Assembly: GCA_030141605.1 (NCBI GenBank) | Contig: JAQGDQ010000159.1 | Coordinates: 1-64,000 of the forward strand | From: Tubiluchus corallicola | Lineage: Eukaryota; Animalia; Priapulida | Direction: 5' to 3' | Length of the DNA: 64,000 bases | Notes under the pieces: generated by a model | Databases searched by the model: none | Seen by the model: the letters and a program-made list of their open reading frames with translations, nothing else | Told to the model about the DNA's origin: nothing | Position numbers and translations under genes: made by a program | Shown here: piece after piece, positions 35,727 through 48,274 of the stretch | Layout: every line of letters begins with the position of its first letter | Numbering within the stretch: position 1 is the first letter of the stretch

Positions 35727-36630
35727 GTTCCTTGAAAAGGAGAAGCAACAATGCTCCATAGGTCCATTACCGAGTTTGTTCCTCATAAAGGAGGAGCAAC
35801 AATGCACTACGACCCAGTTTGTTTCTTGCAAAGTAATAGCAGCCACACACCACGACCTAATTCGCTCCTGCAAACAGCAGTAGCAATGCACCACAACATA
35901 GTTCTTTTCTTAGAAAGGAGCGGCAACAATGCACCGTGACCTATGTTCTTTACAAAGGAGCAACAACAATACACCACGACCAAGTTCGTTCTTTCAAAGA
36001 AGCAGGAGTAATGCAACACGATCTATCCTGATCTTCGCAAAGGAACACCAGCAATGCGCCCTGAACTAGTCCTTCTTTTGCAAAAGGAGCAGCAACAAGA
36101 CATTACGACCTAGCTCGTTCTTTCCAAAGGAGCAGAAACTATGAACTATGACCTAGTTGGTTCGATCCCTGCAAAGAAGCAGCAGCAGTGCATTGCTATC
36201 TAGTTTGTTCCTTACAAAGGAGCAGCAACAGTACATCACGACCTAGTTCGTGTCTTGCAAAGAAGCAGCAACAGTGCACCATGATCCACTTCGTTCCTTG
36301 CAAAGGAGCAGCAACAATGCACCATGATCAAGTTATTTCTTGCAAAGAAGCAGCAACAGTGCACCATGATCCAGTTTTTTTCCTTGCAAAGGATCAGCAA
36401 CAATGCCCCACGACCTAGTTATTTCTTGCAAAGAAGCGGCGAGAGTGCACCATGATCCAGTTCGTTCCTTGCAAAGGAGCAGCAACAATGCACCAAGACC
36501 TGGTTCATGTCTTCCAAAGGAGTAGAAGCATGCACTGCGACAATCTATTTTGGTCCTTGCAAAGGAGGCGGAACAATGAATCATGATCTAGTTCGCTCGC
36601 ATGCAAGAAGTAGCACCATCCATAATGAAC
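35727..36630. repeat. Minisatellite, ~43-bp unit, ~21 copies
   Basis: Consensus CAAAGGAGCAGCAACAATGCACCATGATCCAGTTCGTTCCTTG; unit starts at 36172, 36215, 36258, 36301, 36343, 36387, 36429, 36472, 36515, 36560. Confidence 0.92.
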
Positions 36631-36777
36631 CAGAGCTGCGCAGTCATAAGCACATAGTGAAGTTAGAAGGAACTGGTGTTATTTCTGGATTTCAGCATTG
36701 AAATGTTTAGCAAATCAGGAAATTGTGGTGCCTGAGCTGGATGGCTTCTAGCACGGGACTGCGTGAGAGAAGCGTAA

Positions 36778-36971
36778 AGCTACGACTGCATGTGCGCGTA
36801 ATGTGTGATGCGTATTGAGGCGATAGCTGCCACGTTTGAGTGAATATGTATCACGCATTGCGCATTACGTATACATGGAAACACATCCTCGTGTTTAAAT
36901 ATAAACTGTTGTATACGCATCACGCATTACGGATCACGCATCACGTATTACGCGCACATGGAGTCGTACCT
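36778..36971. mobile_element. PIF/Harbinger-type (Tourist-like) MITE, 194 bp
   Basis: TIRs AGCTACGACTGCATGTGCGCGTAATGTGTGATGCGT and ACGCATCACGTATTACGCGCACATGGAGTCGTACCT; TAA on both flanks (36775-36777 and 36972-36974). Confidence 0.85.
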
Positions 36972-37179
36972 TAAGAATAAGAAGGAATGATTGGGTAGAA
37001 CCAGTACTGCCACACGCTCAATCTTAACACCAACAGAAAATGTCTGATGATTCGCTGTCATTCATAACAGACGTCCGCATTACACCATGAAATTGCCTTA
37101 AAATATCGAGGTATTTCAGCAGGCCCAGTATTAGTGGTAGTAGTTTATTGACATTAATCCAGCAAACACTTCACAACAA

Positions 37180-37560
37180 AATAATAATAATAACAATAAA
37201 TATTCACTCTACATACATCCTTACGTTTATACTATACAATAGTATTGCAGCGAAATTGTCATGGGAATAAATTTAGTATATCTGTAATGACTTCTGTTCA
37301 TGTTTCCGGCTCTAAATTGAACAGATCGACTGTACTATTAAAAGTCATATTGTATTTTGATCGCACTACTTTCGTTACTCTATATCTTGCTACTGCGTAT
37401 TGCTCATCTTGTACTTCTTCTTCGCAAATATTACACAGTCTTCTATGGTGCGGTACCAAAGGTCTTGCCCATCTCCCTGTTTCGACTTTCAAGTGATGTG
37501 CAGATAAAACAAACCGGCTAAAATTAATACGCAGCGAATCAACATAAATGTCAAGAAAAT
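37180..37560 (-). mobile_element. Non-LTR retrotransposon 3' remnant (C-terminal zinc-knuckle region)
   Basis: SLRINFSRFVLSAHHLKVETGRWARPLVPHHRRLCNICEEEVQDEQY followed by a (TTA)n-like tail. Confidence 0.75.
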
Positions 37561-38231
37561 TAGTCAGTTTTTAATGATTGCTCTACAAGTAAATGAGCAA
37601 GAATAACATTAGTATTCCTGTCGTGCGTCTTTATGCGTTTTTCATTTCCGCGTCTGTGACCTTAGCCGCGGGGTAACCATCTCTTGACTTGGCACAACTG
37701 TCACTGAAAAATCGTGGCCGTACTACCGCATTGCTGCTACTTGCGTCGCAGGTGAGAAAATTTGACAAATGTTAGCGTAAATAATTGCCCATTCACACTT
37801 TCATAGAAACACAGGGTGTAATATTTCAAATGGAGAGTTGACAGTGTTATTCTATTTACTTACGGTTGAAACGTCAGTACTTGAGCGCGCTGAAATTAAG
37901 TAATTTTGCGACGTTTATATTCTTTAACTTTATTTCTTTGGATTATTTGATTAGTATTTTCGTGAACTGTATTCGTTGAGATAAAGTTATATGAGCAGTT
38001 TGTGGAGTTGGTGCCCGTCTGGTTTCACAATCGCTTCTTATTTGAGGAATTCTCATACTTTGGATCACGAGCGCACAATTAATTATTTGTAATGTGTATC
38101 ATCGTTTGCCATGTTGTAATCTTGTGTCTGATAACAAGTGTGTCTGAGTTGCGTCAGCTTATTACCAGTGCTGTAAGTAAAAATTAACGGAAACAACGAA
38201 AATGTCACTAATGTGTGTGAAATAATGCGCA

Positions 38232-39236
38232 ATGTTAAATGTTCGCAAGACAGATAATGACAAAAACAGTTTTGCTCAAAGTAACAGCAATCTAAACGAA
38301 ATCGGACTAGGCGTGCTTTTACTTATTACCTTCTCATTTTTAACTTTGTACATCCCAGTACACCTTAAGTACGGAGAAACTGAAATTAACAAGCAACCAC
38401 GTTGGAAAATGCGACGTAAGACGAAAACTGCAGTTCCTGATTCGGCACCCTGTCCGGATGGAACATCTCGACGACTTCCGGATGCAATAATAATCGGCGT
38501 TGGTAAATGCGGCACCTATGCCTTGCTGAGTTTCCTGACCTTAAACGATAAAATCCGAGCGAGGAAAGTTATTCCCATTGAACTGAACTACTTTACTAAA
38601 CACGCAGATAAGCCTTTAAGCTGGTATGTGGGGAACATGCCTTGTGCTAAGATAGATGAAATCGTAGTTGAAAAATCGTTATACTACACTAATGATTCTG
38701 CAGCAGCAGCCATTAAGGAAGCCATTCCAAACGTTAAACTATTGTTGATAGTGAGAGATCCTATCTCCAGGGCAGTGTCCCATTACTTGGAGAGATATGG
38801 CCATTATGGATGGTTGAAACGTGTTCCAATAGACGACGCCTTCATTATTCCACGTACTGGTGAAGTTAATTCTTCTCTAGAGTTTGTGGTCAATAGTTTG
38901 TATTCTAAGTTCATGCCCAAATGGCTTCAAAACTTCCGCAGGAAACAAATCCATGTTGTGGATGGGAACAGGCTAGTGAGTGATCCCGTTCCGGAATTGA
39001 ACGCGGTGGAACGATTCTTGCAGACACAAGAAAAAATTAAACACAATAATTTCTTTACAAACGAAAAGACGGGTTTCTTGTGCAATGCACAAACAAAGAA
39101 ATGTTTACCAAAAACTAAAGGAAGGCAGCATCCTAAATTAAAGATCTATACAATCAAAAAGCTGAAAGCATTTTTTGCGCCGTATAATCGGGAATTTGAG
39201 AATCTGGTTGGAAAAACGTTTAACTGGTACTCATGA
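38232..39236 (+). CDS. Heparan sulfate glucosamine 3-O-sulfotransferase-like protein (type II membrane), 334 aa, single coding exon
   Basis: N-terminal transmembrane segment IGLGVLLLITFSFLTLYIPV; RRLPDAIIIGVGKCGT (5'-PSB), RDPISRAVS (3'-PB), QIHVVDG, C-x5-CLPKTKGRQHP, FFAPYNREF, GKTFNW. Candidate 5'-UTR donor cag|gtgag at 37751/37752. Confidence 0.9.
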   Translation: MLNVRKTDNDKNSFAQSNSNLNEIGLGVLLLITFSFLTLYIPVHLKYGETEINKQPRWKMRRKTKTAVPDSAPCPDGTSRRLPDAIIIGVGKCGTYALLSFLTLNDKIRARKVIPIELNYFTKHADKPLSWYVGNMPCAKIDEIVVEKSLYYTNDSAAAAIKEAIPNVKLLLIVRDPISRAVSHYLERYGHYGWLKRVPIDDAFIIPRTGEVNSSLEFVVNSLYSKFMPKWLQNFRRKQIHVVDGNRLVSDPVPELNAVERFLQTQEKIKHNNFFTNEKTGFLCNAQTKKCLPKTKGRQHPKLKIYTIKKLKAFFAPYNREFENLVGKTFNWYS

Positions 39237-42200
39237 GAAAGACTGAATTGTTAAATAGATGGTGATCATTGTCAATAATTTTTATCCGCGAGTACTAGAG
39301 TCGCGAATGTAGGACGAACCTCTGGCGCTGATTCTGCATCATTATGTTAAGCGGCCAGTTTTCCACTTTTATTCATATTAATTCCCAAACACAGAGGGGT
39401 AGAGTCACAAAACTTGCAGGGTAGCTACATGCGTAGGGGGCCTTGAAAGTGGCCTGGTGAACGGTGACCTCGGTCAAAGGGTTAAAGACACCGGACATTG
39501 GTTAGTTTTTCGATTGCCATTCGACTCCTTCTAGGGCTTTGAGATAAATCAATTTTTTTCATAAGTGTTTGCAGGTAGTTGTTATGTTTGTTATGAGGTA
39601 GATGTGCACGTGCAGTTAAAAAAACGAGGATTTTTAAGGGTCCGAGGTAGGAGCTAAAGTACATAACAATGAATAATTATAAAACTATAGTAACTAGACT
39701 CACGAAACTTAGAGAGGGTAGACACCTGGAGTAGAGGCTTAAACAAAGGAGTAGATAAAAATAAAAAATAAATAAAGCTCGGATTGTTTACAGGTCCGAG
39801 AGAGAAACCAAAATGTAAATATTAGGACAAACAGCATTGTGAGTCAAGTCATAACATTGAATAACTTCAAAACTATAATACGCAGAATCATGAAATTTAA
39901 AATTAGTCACGAGCATCGTACACACTGGTTAATAAGGCTTGAGCGTAATAATCGACAAGTATTGATACGAGTTAACGACACTCGACCAGGTATAGTGAGA
40001 TGTAAACACCGCATTACGCTCGCGAGCTTGGATCTGAATTCATTCAGTCTTGTTTTGTAAGATTTCCCAGAATTGCAAATAAAACAGGAAACCCTTCTGG
40101 AACCTCACTGGTTAACTCTGAAGTCGTATGAAAGCTGAGACGAAAACTCGGTCTTTGAATTTTCTCTCTTTGTCAATACCCACGTTACAATATGATTTCA
40201 CTGACAGACGCTATCAGATACACGAACTTTTATACCGTACGTCAATTCAATGACAAATGTTTTGTAGATGGCAACACCAATGACATAATAATTTCGTATC
40301 GATACGAATTTCGAAACGTGTAAAACTTATTTCGGATGATATGTTATTGTAGAAAAGATTTAGGAGCACTTCATTGTCATATAAATGTCTACCTATATTT
40401 TCAAAAACGTTTTTAAACAAGCGATATTATATGCTGCAGTAACCTTATATAGTCCCCTACATACTTATACAGCTAATGTAGTTCCCTTTGCTGTCAAAAC
40501 AATTATATTGTATGTCTGTCGTGTGCGTATTCAGATAATTATACAAGCAGTCGGTTCAAGATTCTCTCATTTTTAATGTATATAAATTACATTATTATAG
40601 AACTGATGCGCGTTCTACGTAATACTCGCCATGCCTACATAGACAATCCCCAATTTAAATTATTCAGTCGAGTAATACCAGGAGCTGAACAGTAGCTGTT
40701 CCGACAAAACCCTGGCCTATTGTCATTGTGCATTATTAACTTTAATAAGCGTCAAACTGTCACAAACACCATGCGATTGAACCCGCCTTACAGAGATAGC
40801 AATACTTTGCTTTTATGTCTTTGTTCATCAATCATAAATCGGATTAGACGACTTCTGTCGACATTAAGTTAAATTTGCACTTATAAGTGGCTAGGAAATA
40901 AAGCTGCAATGATTGTCACTCAACAAACAAATCACAGAGCTTGTGCAATTAATAAATGCCGAACACTTTACCCCAATGCGATCAATAATAACATATTTCT
41001 GCAGGCACGAATAGCTTCGACTTGGTCTTAATTAACTGATTTCAGGCGTAAAGTACGGTACCTATATTGTACTGTAACTAAAATGTTTTTGTGAAACTTG
41101 TTTGCGCGATCTACTTCATAATATATGTAGCAGCTTAAATAATATTGATGCATAATAATTAACATTTCTTATTTGCAGTTGTTATAAATATATTCTGAAT
41201 GAATTCTATATGTACAACACATTTTCAAATTAATATTTTATACTATATATAGTTACTACTAAAGTTTATGATGTAAAGGAAATGCATACATGATAATTAA
41301 CATCACACGCAATGAAATAATAAATAAAGGAAATTTTCAATTGTTTCTACTGTTGAATCTCGTAAAGTGAATAACAAAAATAATGCATTCCTGTTATTGA
41401 TCCTACATTTATTATAAGATACGGTTGTTTTGAAAGCAGAGCAGCTAATTATTTAGCATGAACAAAATAAAGTTTTGCATATTGTAAAAATTTTAATGCT
41501 ATGTTTGATTTTGGAGATTTACTTTGTGAAATTATTCACAAATTAATTCGCACATCAAAGTCGTTTTTACACATTTTTATAACAAAAGTTGTTCTTCAAC
41601 CTTGGCCAAAATACCGACACAGCTAGGCTTGGAAAGCAGTTATGATTAAATTTAGATAAGGTAAGTTAATACAGAAAACTTAAACATTTCAAAGGGTGTA
41701 AAAGGTTTACATAAACTAGTGTACCAGTACCACCACTGTAGCACTTTTTTTCGCTGCAATCTTTGGGATCATCAAACTATCACAAATGCTTAGTTCAGTT
41801 AATAGGAGCATAAACCAAGCAATTGATACAATTCCAATTTAATTAGAAGCGATTCTTGAAATTGTAACTTAATAATTATTTCTGTAATGCTCTGAATGCG
41901 AGTGTGAAACATGATGCTTTAGAGCTGTGCTGTCAAAATTTACAGCAGGAAATGAATGATAACAAAACTACTATCCAATATTCACCAAATTTTGTTTTTC
42001 TAGATGGTGTAAATATTTCTTGGGTGCTATTTTAATCTGTAGGCTAAACAGTAAGCATAATTGGTAATTTAAGCCTTGATAGGAGACAAAAAGTGTCAAA
42101 AACCAAAAAAAAAGAGATCAACATAGTCCCTTAATTAAGGATCTAAACTTATCTGCTATGGGATTTAAATTAATTCTTTATGGGATTTAACAATATAAAC

Positions 42201-43581
42201 TTCAAAACTCTATTTAATTTGCTTATTCTCACCCAGTTGTACTTCTGCTTTGTTGACTAGATGTGAGTAATTTAACCATACTATAAGTAATATTAGATTC
42301 ATTATAGTACTGTATTATAATTAGAGTTACAAAGCTCTCCCATTTATCAAGTTTAACGACCTTTCTTCAAATGTACGACTTTGTGTTTCATTCACTTAAT
42401 GAATGAGTCACTTGATGTAAAAATCATTACTTGATAATCTTGATATGAGCATGGCTAAAAACTATGATAGAGAAATTAGTGAGGTGTGATGATGAGAACA
42501 GTAGAGATCGGTATGTCAACGTTGGAAAATATATGTAATCTGGAGATAAAATCTGCGACAAGCCGTGACAGACTCGTGGAGCAGGAGAACACCTATGGTA
42601 CAGTTCAAGGTTGTTTTTGAATTTTGGCAAAACTTTATCCACTTTTCAGTTTTTGATGAAAGCGTGCAAAAGTACAAAGTTATATTCAGGTTTAGAGGTA
42701 TACAGACAGGTTTTTGCATATGATGCAAAAATGAATGTGAAATGTGGAAAGGGGTATAATCTCACCACTTGCAGGGTTCCAAAGGCATGCTCCAGATATT
42801 TTTGCATTTTTGGTATCAAAACAAAAAAGTTAAAATAAAAAGAATTATTGCATTTTTAGCAACTAATGAGCTTTCTTATGTTGTTGCTATGGCTTTTATG
42901 TTCTTCAGTATACATAAAAAAGGCTCACTAGCATTTAAATAGTTTAATTTTCAATTTCAGTATGATTTTATACATCATAAGGCACAGACATTCTACTTGT
43001 ATTATTGAAATTATTGAGCGTAGTACTACTAATTGTCTCGTGGTCGGTGAACTTGGTACTGATGGCAAAGCAAGCCAGGTAATTTGCCAAGTTGTGTGTG
43101 AAGTTGCAGAATCATGGGAACAGAAATTTGGTGTGTGTGCACATGTGAAAGATTTAAAATGTGTGTGACCCACGCTTAATGCGCGAGACTTAGCAAGTCT
43201 GAGTATAATAGCCAAGCTCAGTGGAAGAAGGCAACAAATTTATCATTTTACAGGATTGATTGACGGATCAGAAAATGCCACACAGACTGCAAAGATCGGA
43301 ATTACAATAGTTTTAGGCTGCACAGACACTAAAAATACTTTTTGGTAATTGACTGTGACACTTTTCTCGTACCTAGGCTAGAGAAGCTATATATCTCCAA
43401 GTAAGCAAAAAAGCCAAACGGTTATCTAAACTAAATGATCTTCTACATAAGCACAGAAGAAAAAAACTTGTATATTGTAAGGGTTGGGATGAAGCAAGGT
43501 TTTTTTTTAATTTCAGAAATTAAAACACACTTGGAAATATAAACCGAGTTCTTACTGGCCTGCACTTAATCGTATACATTA

Positions 43582-44676
43582 TCAATAACCATGAGACATT
43601 TGATTAATTAAATGTGCCATGAAGCCATATTTGTCAGGAAAGTTCTCAAGACACTGACTACACTGCCAAGGAGATGCAGATCCATGCAGAGTCTTGTGGA
43701 GGAGGTACAGTGCATTTTCTTTGAAATCAATATTACAAGCCATGCACGTGTACTGATCTAGAGCAGATAATCCACTTTCAACGGTTTGTACACTACGATT
43801 GCAAGTAACTTGAGTGGCAGACAAGATGTGAGGTGATGCTATCATTACTGACTGATCGGTGAAGCTACTTCGGCTGCTATCTGCTATTGGTGGTGTTGAC
43901 TTGCCAGAAAATGTTCCATCTTGCCTGTGAGGTAACTGCTGGTAAGAGGAAGGTGACGGCAATGAATTTGATGTATCAATTACGCACAGTGACTGTGACG
44001 TGGAGGCATGGCAGCTTTTGCTATTATGAAAAGGCAGGTCTGCTTGAGTTGTAGTTCTCGTTGAAAAACTTCGGGGAAGTCGGGGTGCCTGGATGTCATC
44101 TGGTGTGCCTATGAAGCTTGAAAATGACGCATCACGTGTTGCCTTCCCATCGTTTGCCAACAGTTTAATATCAACACAGGAAGACATGTGCTTAGACATT
44201 TCCACATCACTGTGGTACTCCCTTCCACATCCAGGGCACTGTAATTCACCACGGTACTTTCTAGTGTGAATCCTTATGTGCATTAGCATGTGTCTATCAA
44301 GGTGGTGCTTTAGTTTAAACCACTTGTAACAGATGGCACATTTATGTCTTCTTTCACCTGTGTGAACCAACAAATGGGCTTTCAAACCGGAATCTGTGCT
44401 GAAACAACGATTACAAAAGCTGCACATAGTCTTTGACTGCTTGCTGGTATAGGTGCCTGGAGGTTCTTGAGTTGAGCTGTACATGGCTGCAAATGCATCT
44501 TCATTAGTGAGTTCATAGTCAACAACAAACTGGCCCTCCATTTCTGTGCCAGCAAACTCACTTTCCTGGCCACTATTTTCTTCAGGACTTTCTACAATTT
44601 GCTCTGTATCCTCATTGTCTTGCTCTCCTTTGACAGGCAAGTCTGTTGAACCTTCAAAATCTTCCATAGATTCCAT
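43582..44676 (-). CDS. Ikaros/Hunchback/Pegasus-type C2H2 zinc-finger protein, 364 aa, single coding exon
   Basis: Acidic N-terminus, two C2H2 fingers joined by HTGERRHKC, a C2HC finger, a Ser-rich linker and a C-terminal dimerisation finger pair ([43 protein letters not shown]). Splice acceptor at 44713 for a 5'-UTR exon. Confidence 0.85.
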   Translation of the reverse strand: MESMEDFEGSTDLPVKGEQDNEDTEQIVESPEENSGQESEFAGTEMEGQFVVDYELTNEDAFAAMYSSTQEPPGTYTSKQSKTMCSFCNRCFSTDSGLKAHLLVHTGERRHKCAICYKWFKLKHHLDRHMLMHIRIHTRKYRGELQCPGCGREYHSDVEMSKHMSSCVDIKLLANDGKATRDASFSSFIGTPDDIQAPRLPRSFSTRTTTQADLPFHNSKSCHASTSQSLCVIDTSNSLPSPSSYQQLPHRQDGTFSGKSTPPIADSSRSSFTDQSVMIASPHILSATQVTCNRSVQTVESGLSALDQYTCMACNIDFKENALYLLHKTLHGSASPWQCSQCLENFPDKYGFMAHLINQMSHGY

Positions 44677-47008
44677 TAAGCGGGCTTGGGATGGAGTTTA
44701 GCTTTTGGTTCCCTGAAAAATTTTATCAAATTACAGTTTAATCAAATGTCATGATACAGTATAACATCATTATAGCGAAGCTGCTATAGAGATCCAAATA
44801 AAGAACTCTTTAACCAAGGTACTCTATAAGCACACACTTCTAATGTATATAACTAACAGAAGAATAAGCACACTTATATTAATAATTGTCATGTATAAAT
44901 AATGTGCAAGCATGGGTTCAAATGAGAACGTAAACTTGTAAAAGTACTTTTACAAGGTGCTATCAACTACTTTGCAGCAGTCGTCCAAAAATAAAATAAA
45001 ACTAATTTAATATTCACATTCAAAAAAAAATGCACGTGTATTAAAGCTGCAAAATCATGTAAGATTCAAAAAGGTTAGATACTTATGGTTGCACAAACTT
45101 TCAGTTTGTCTCTTGTATAAAAAGTTTTTGCAGTGAAGTAACTGCACGAAAGTTGCTCATCACTTGATGAACCTGAGATGGCTACTAACATCTTAAGAGT
45201 GTAAAGTGCAGAGAACTTGTAGTAATTTCACTCTTGCTTTCATCACTGTCTTTGAACACATAATTTCTTAAATCAGAAAGAGAAAGTCCCTTCTCTTTTC
45301 TTTGCTCAATGACAAGATTACCCTCAAGGCAGGTAAACACACCAGTAATTCAATAATAAACTAGACAGTGCAATGCCTGTGGCTAGTCTGCATGTACTTC
45401 CGTTTGCTGCACTAGCCCATATACTGTGCTTGAAGTACGCTTGCGCTAAATTTATGGAAAACTAGTCAGCCCAAATGCCGGATTGGTGATTTTGCTCACT
45501 CTTTTACATTGATTAGTGCATTCATTTTGCACAAAATTTTTAAAAATTCTGTGAGTTTCTTTTTATAAAAATATCGCCTTTATTTCAGCAGTACTAGGTG
45601 CTTGTTCGCTGAGCTACCGTCAATTTGACAGCATGTAGTACCTAGGCATAACTAACACAGGCACTGGACAAGAGTTTAGGCGGTAAATGGCTTGCAGCTC
45701 GTACCGCACTTAAGAAAAAAAATAGTGTTTGTGTGAAGAGGGAATGAAACTGATCCCTGTCTACATAATTCATATGAAGCCAGGCAAAGTAAAAACATCA
45801 CACCTTACTTAGCAAGATGTTAGAATTATTGTGTGAAAAGCTCACCCAAAACCAAGCTTAATATTATTCATCCGAATGGCTCAGAATCAATTTTATTTTA
45901 TCGAATATATTGCCACTAAGGTAAAATCGGCTCAGTTGCTGCTGCGGTATTTTGGCAACCCCCATAACGTATGTGGTACGTAGGTTGGACCAAGTACTGC
46001 ATTGTGCAGTACATGGGCTAGTGAGCTATTCGGCTCTCAATACTATTTCACTGCATTTGACGTCTAACATAATGTCAATCATTTTCGTTGACTGCCCAAT
46101 CAGCATGCGAGCTATTTCACACATCCCTGCAGCAGGTACATTCGGGACATTTAGCTACAGCTTCGACTAACATTATTATGAAAAATGCTCAACTTTTCAT
46201 TACTTAGCCGGAGAAATATTGTCCTGGTTCTAGATTTTATTATTGTCAATTGAAATTGCAAGTGATTTAGTGGAAATACATAGTCTAGTTTCGTTTGTGG
46301 GAAGAAATGCACAATGCTTACGTCTATGAGTTGCTGATTAAACCATTTTGCAATCAAGAAAATATGCAGTTTAGTTTAGTTTATGGCTTTGCAAGTTAGA
46401 TAAAAACAACTATTTGATTAAATTTAGATTATGACAATACAAAATGTTTTCTTTTCTGGCCAGTTTTTATAAACCTCAATGAGATTTTCACAGTCAAAGT
46501 TAATTCAAATGTGGTCAAAACTTATATTATACCATGTAATATTAGCTAATTTTACGCTATTTTGCTGGTTATAATTAAGGTTAAAAGATATCATTGGGAT
46601 TTATATGGCTTGGGCATTAAATATAAGGGTTGTCTATGGAATGGAACAGTCAAATTTATTCTGTTTCCGTAGCCTGACAAACGGAAAAATACAAAAACTT
46701 AATAAATCTTGCAGACGAGCTCATGATCAATTAATATAGAAAAATACATAGCAGGCTTGTGTTCGTTTTTGTTGCTCATTTATTGTTAAGCAAGGCTAAC
46801 TGGCTTAGTTTCTTTATTATACTTATGTCTCTGTATTTTGTAGTGCTTTGAAACTTCGTCTCTACATTCTGTTTAAATTGAAAAGTCATTTTTTGGCTAC
46901 TGAAGTGTTAATTTCATGTTAAAATAGCTGCTGCTCTGCAGATTTGTGCTTATTTGTGTATTAGACATTAGTTGTGACTATCATATTGTCTAGGTCAGTT
47001 TAGTTTAC

Positions 47009-47790
47009 CTTAGACAGTTGTTGTCCTATGTGAGCTGTTGTCCCGAATGCTGCTGAGTGTGCTTAAGTTGCAGCGGGGGCGGAGCGATAGACCAACATGT
47101 TTGACGTCAATTCCGTACAGCTGCATCATTCACTCATCATCACCATCACACTGCTGCAGACAGTGCCACTGATTAGAGTATTCCGCCCACTCCTTGCATT
47201 GGAACAGGAAAACTTTTGCATTGCGTGCTTATTCAAAACTCACAACAGTTTTTGAAAACAATAGACTTTCTCTTAAAGCCAAAGTCCAAATTCTGTTAAC
47301 TTTGGTTGAACCTGTGTTTTTTCATAATTGGAAAATTGGAGGTATCTTTCAAAACTGGAGATGTTTACCTGTCTTTATGTCCAAACCGTCTTGCTGCTAA
47401 TGCTGGAAGTTCGAATAGCTTCTTAGATTATTACATTATCAAGTAACTATGCAATTGGAGATCTTTGCAGTTTGCAGTTTATGTTGAAACGTGTACACCT
47501 GTCAGTGTTGTTCCGAACCCGAAAAAATGATCTGAGCTGATTTTTTTATTTTCCTCAAAACCGATACCGAACCGATATCGATCCCACATTTCCGGGAATA
47601 TCCGTAACCGATCTATTGGAACAACACTCTTTACGGACAATAAATGCGAAACAGCAGCAGGAAAGACGTCTCTATAGAAAACTGTTAGACATTTAATGGC
47701 CTGACAGAAGATCCGATGATGATCTGTATGATATGACGAAGAATTCTTGGAGTAAACAAATACAAGTGGGAAGAGTGCACTAGATTGCGG
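47009..47790. promoter_or_regulatory. Probable bidirectional promoter shared by the Ikaros-like gene (-) and FBXL6 (+)
   Basis: Divergent donors (minus aag|gtaaac at 47009/47008; plus gcg|gtaagt at 47789/47790), GC box GGGGCGGAG at 47076, palindromic CRE TGACGTCA at 47102, CCGCCC near 47182. Confidence 0.45.
47503..47629. mobile_element. Small MITE with 11-bp TIRs
   Basis: AGTGTTGTTCC ... GGAACAACACT with internal CCGA(T/A) subrepeats; no clear TSD. Confidence 0.5.
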
Positions 47791-48274
47791 TAAGTTACCT
47801 TAGTTACTTCTCGGCTACCCTTTTCATAAGTAGTTGCACATAGTTAACCTTCTCATGAGGATGTAGCATTGATGTGTAAAAAACCCTTCAGGGGTATATC
47901 ACACACACATACTTCTATAATTATAGCAATTTTATTTGTGGCGCTAGTACAACACATAAAAATGCCATTTAACGTATTTACATTTATACATGCACACACA
48001 CACACGTGTGTGTGTATATACATGTGTAAGCATTTACATATATATATTTCTGTATAAATTATAATTAATAATAGTTTTAGGAGGCTAATTAGTAATATTT
48101 GGTTTATGCACCGCGGGCTTACTACCTCAAGAATATACACATATAGCAATACGTAAAACAACTGAAACGACAAAAAAAAAGCCGAGAGGGGGAGGTATTT
48201 ATAGCTTTTCCATGAATCATTACCTCATCGTCGAATATGCTATTGTTCGTCTTTGTAACTTCGATTTTTCTGTA

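Noticed and set aside
35727-36630. CRISPR array or repeat-protein gene
   Set aside because: Units are head-to-tail with no unique spacers, the context is eukaryotic with no cas genes, and the 42-45-bp period breaks any reading frame.
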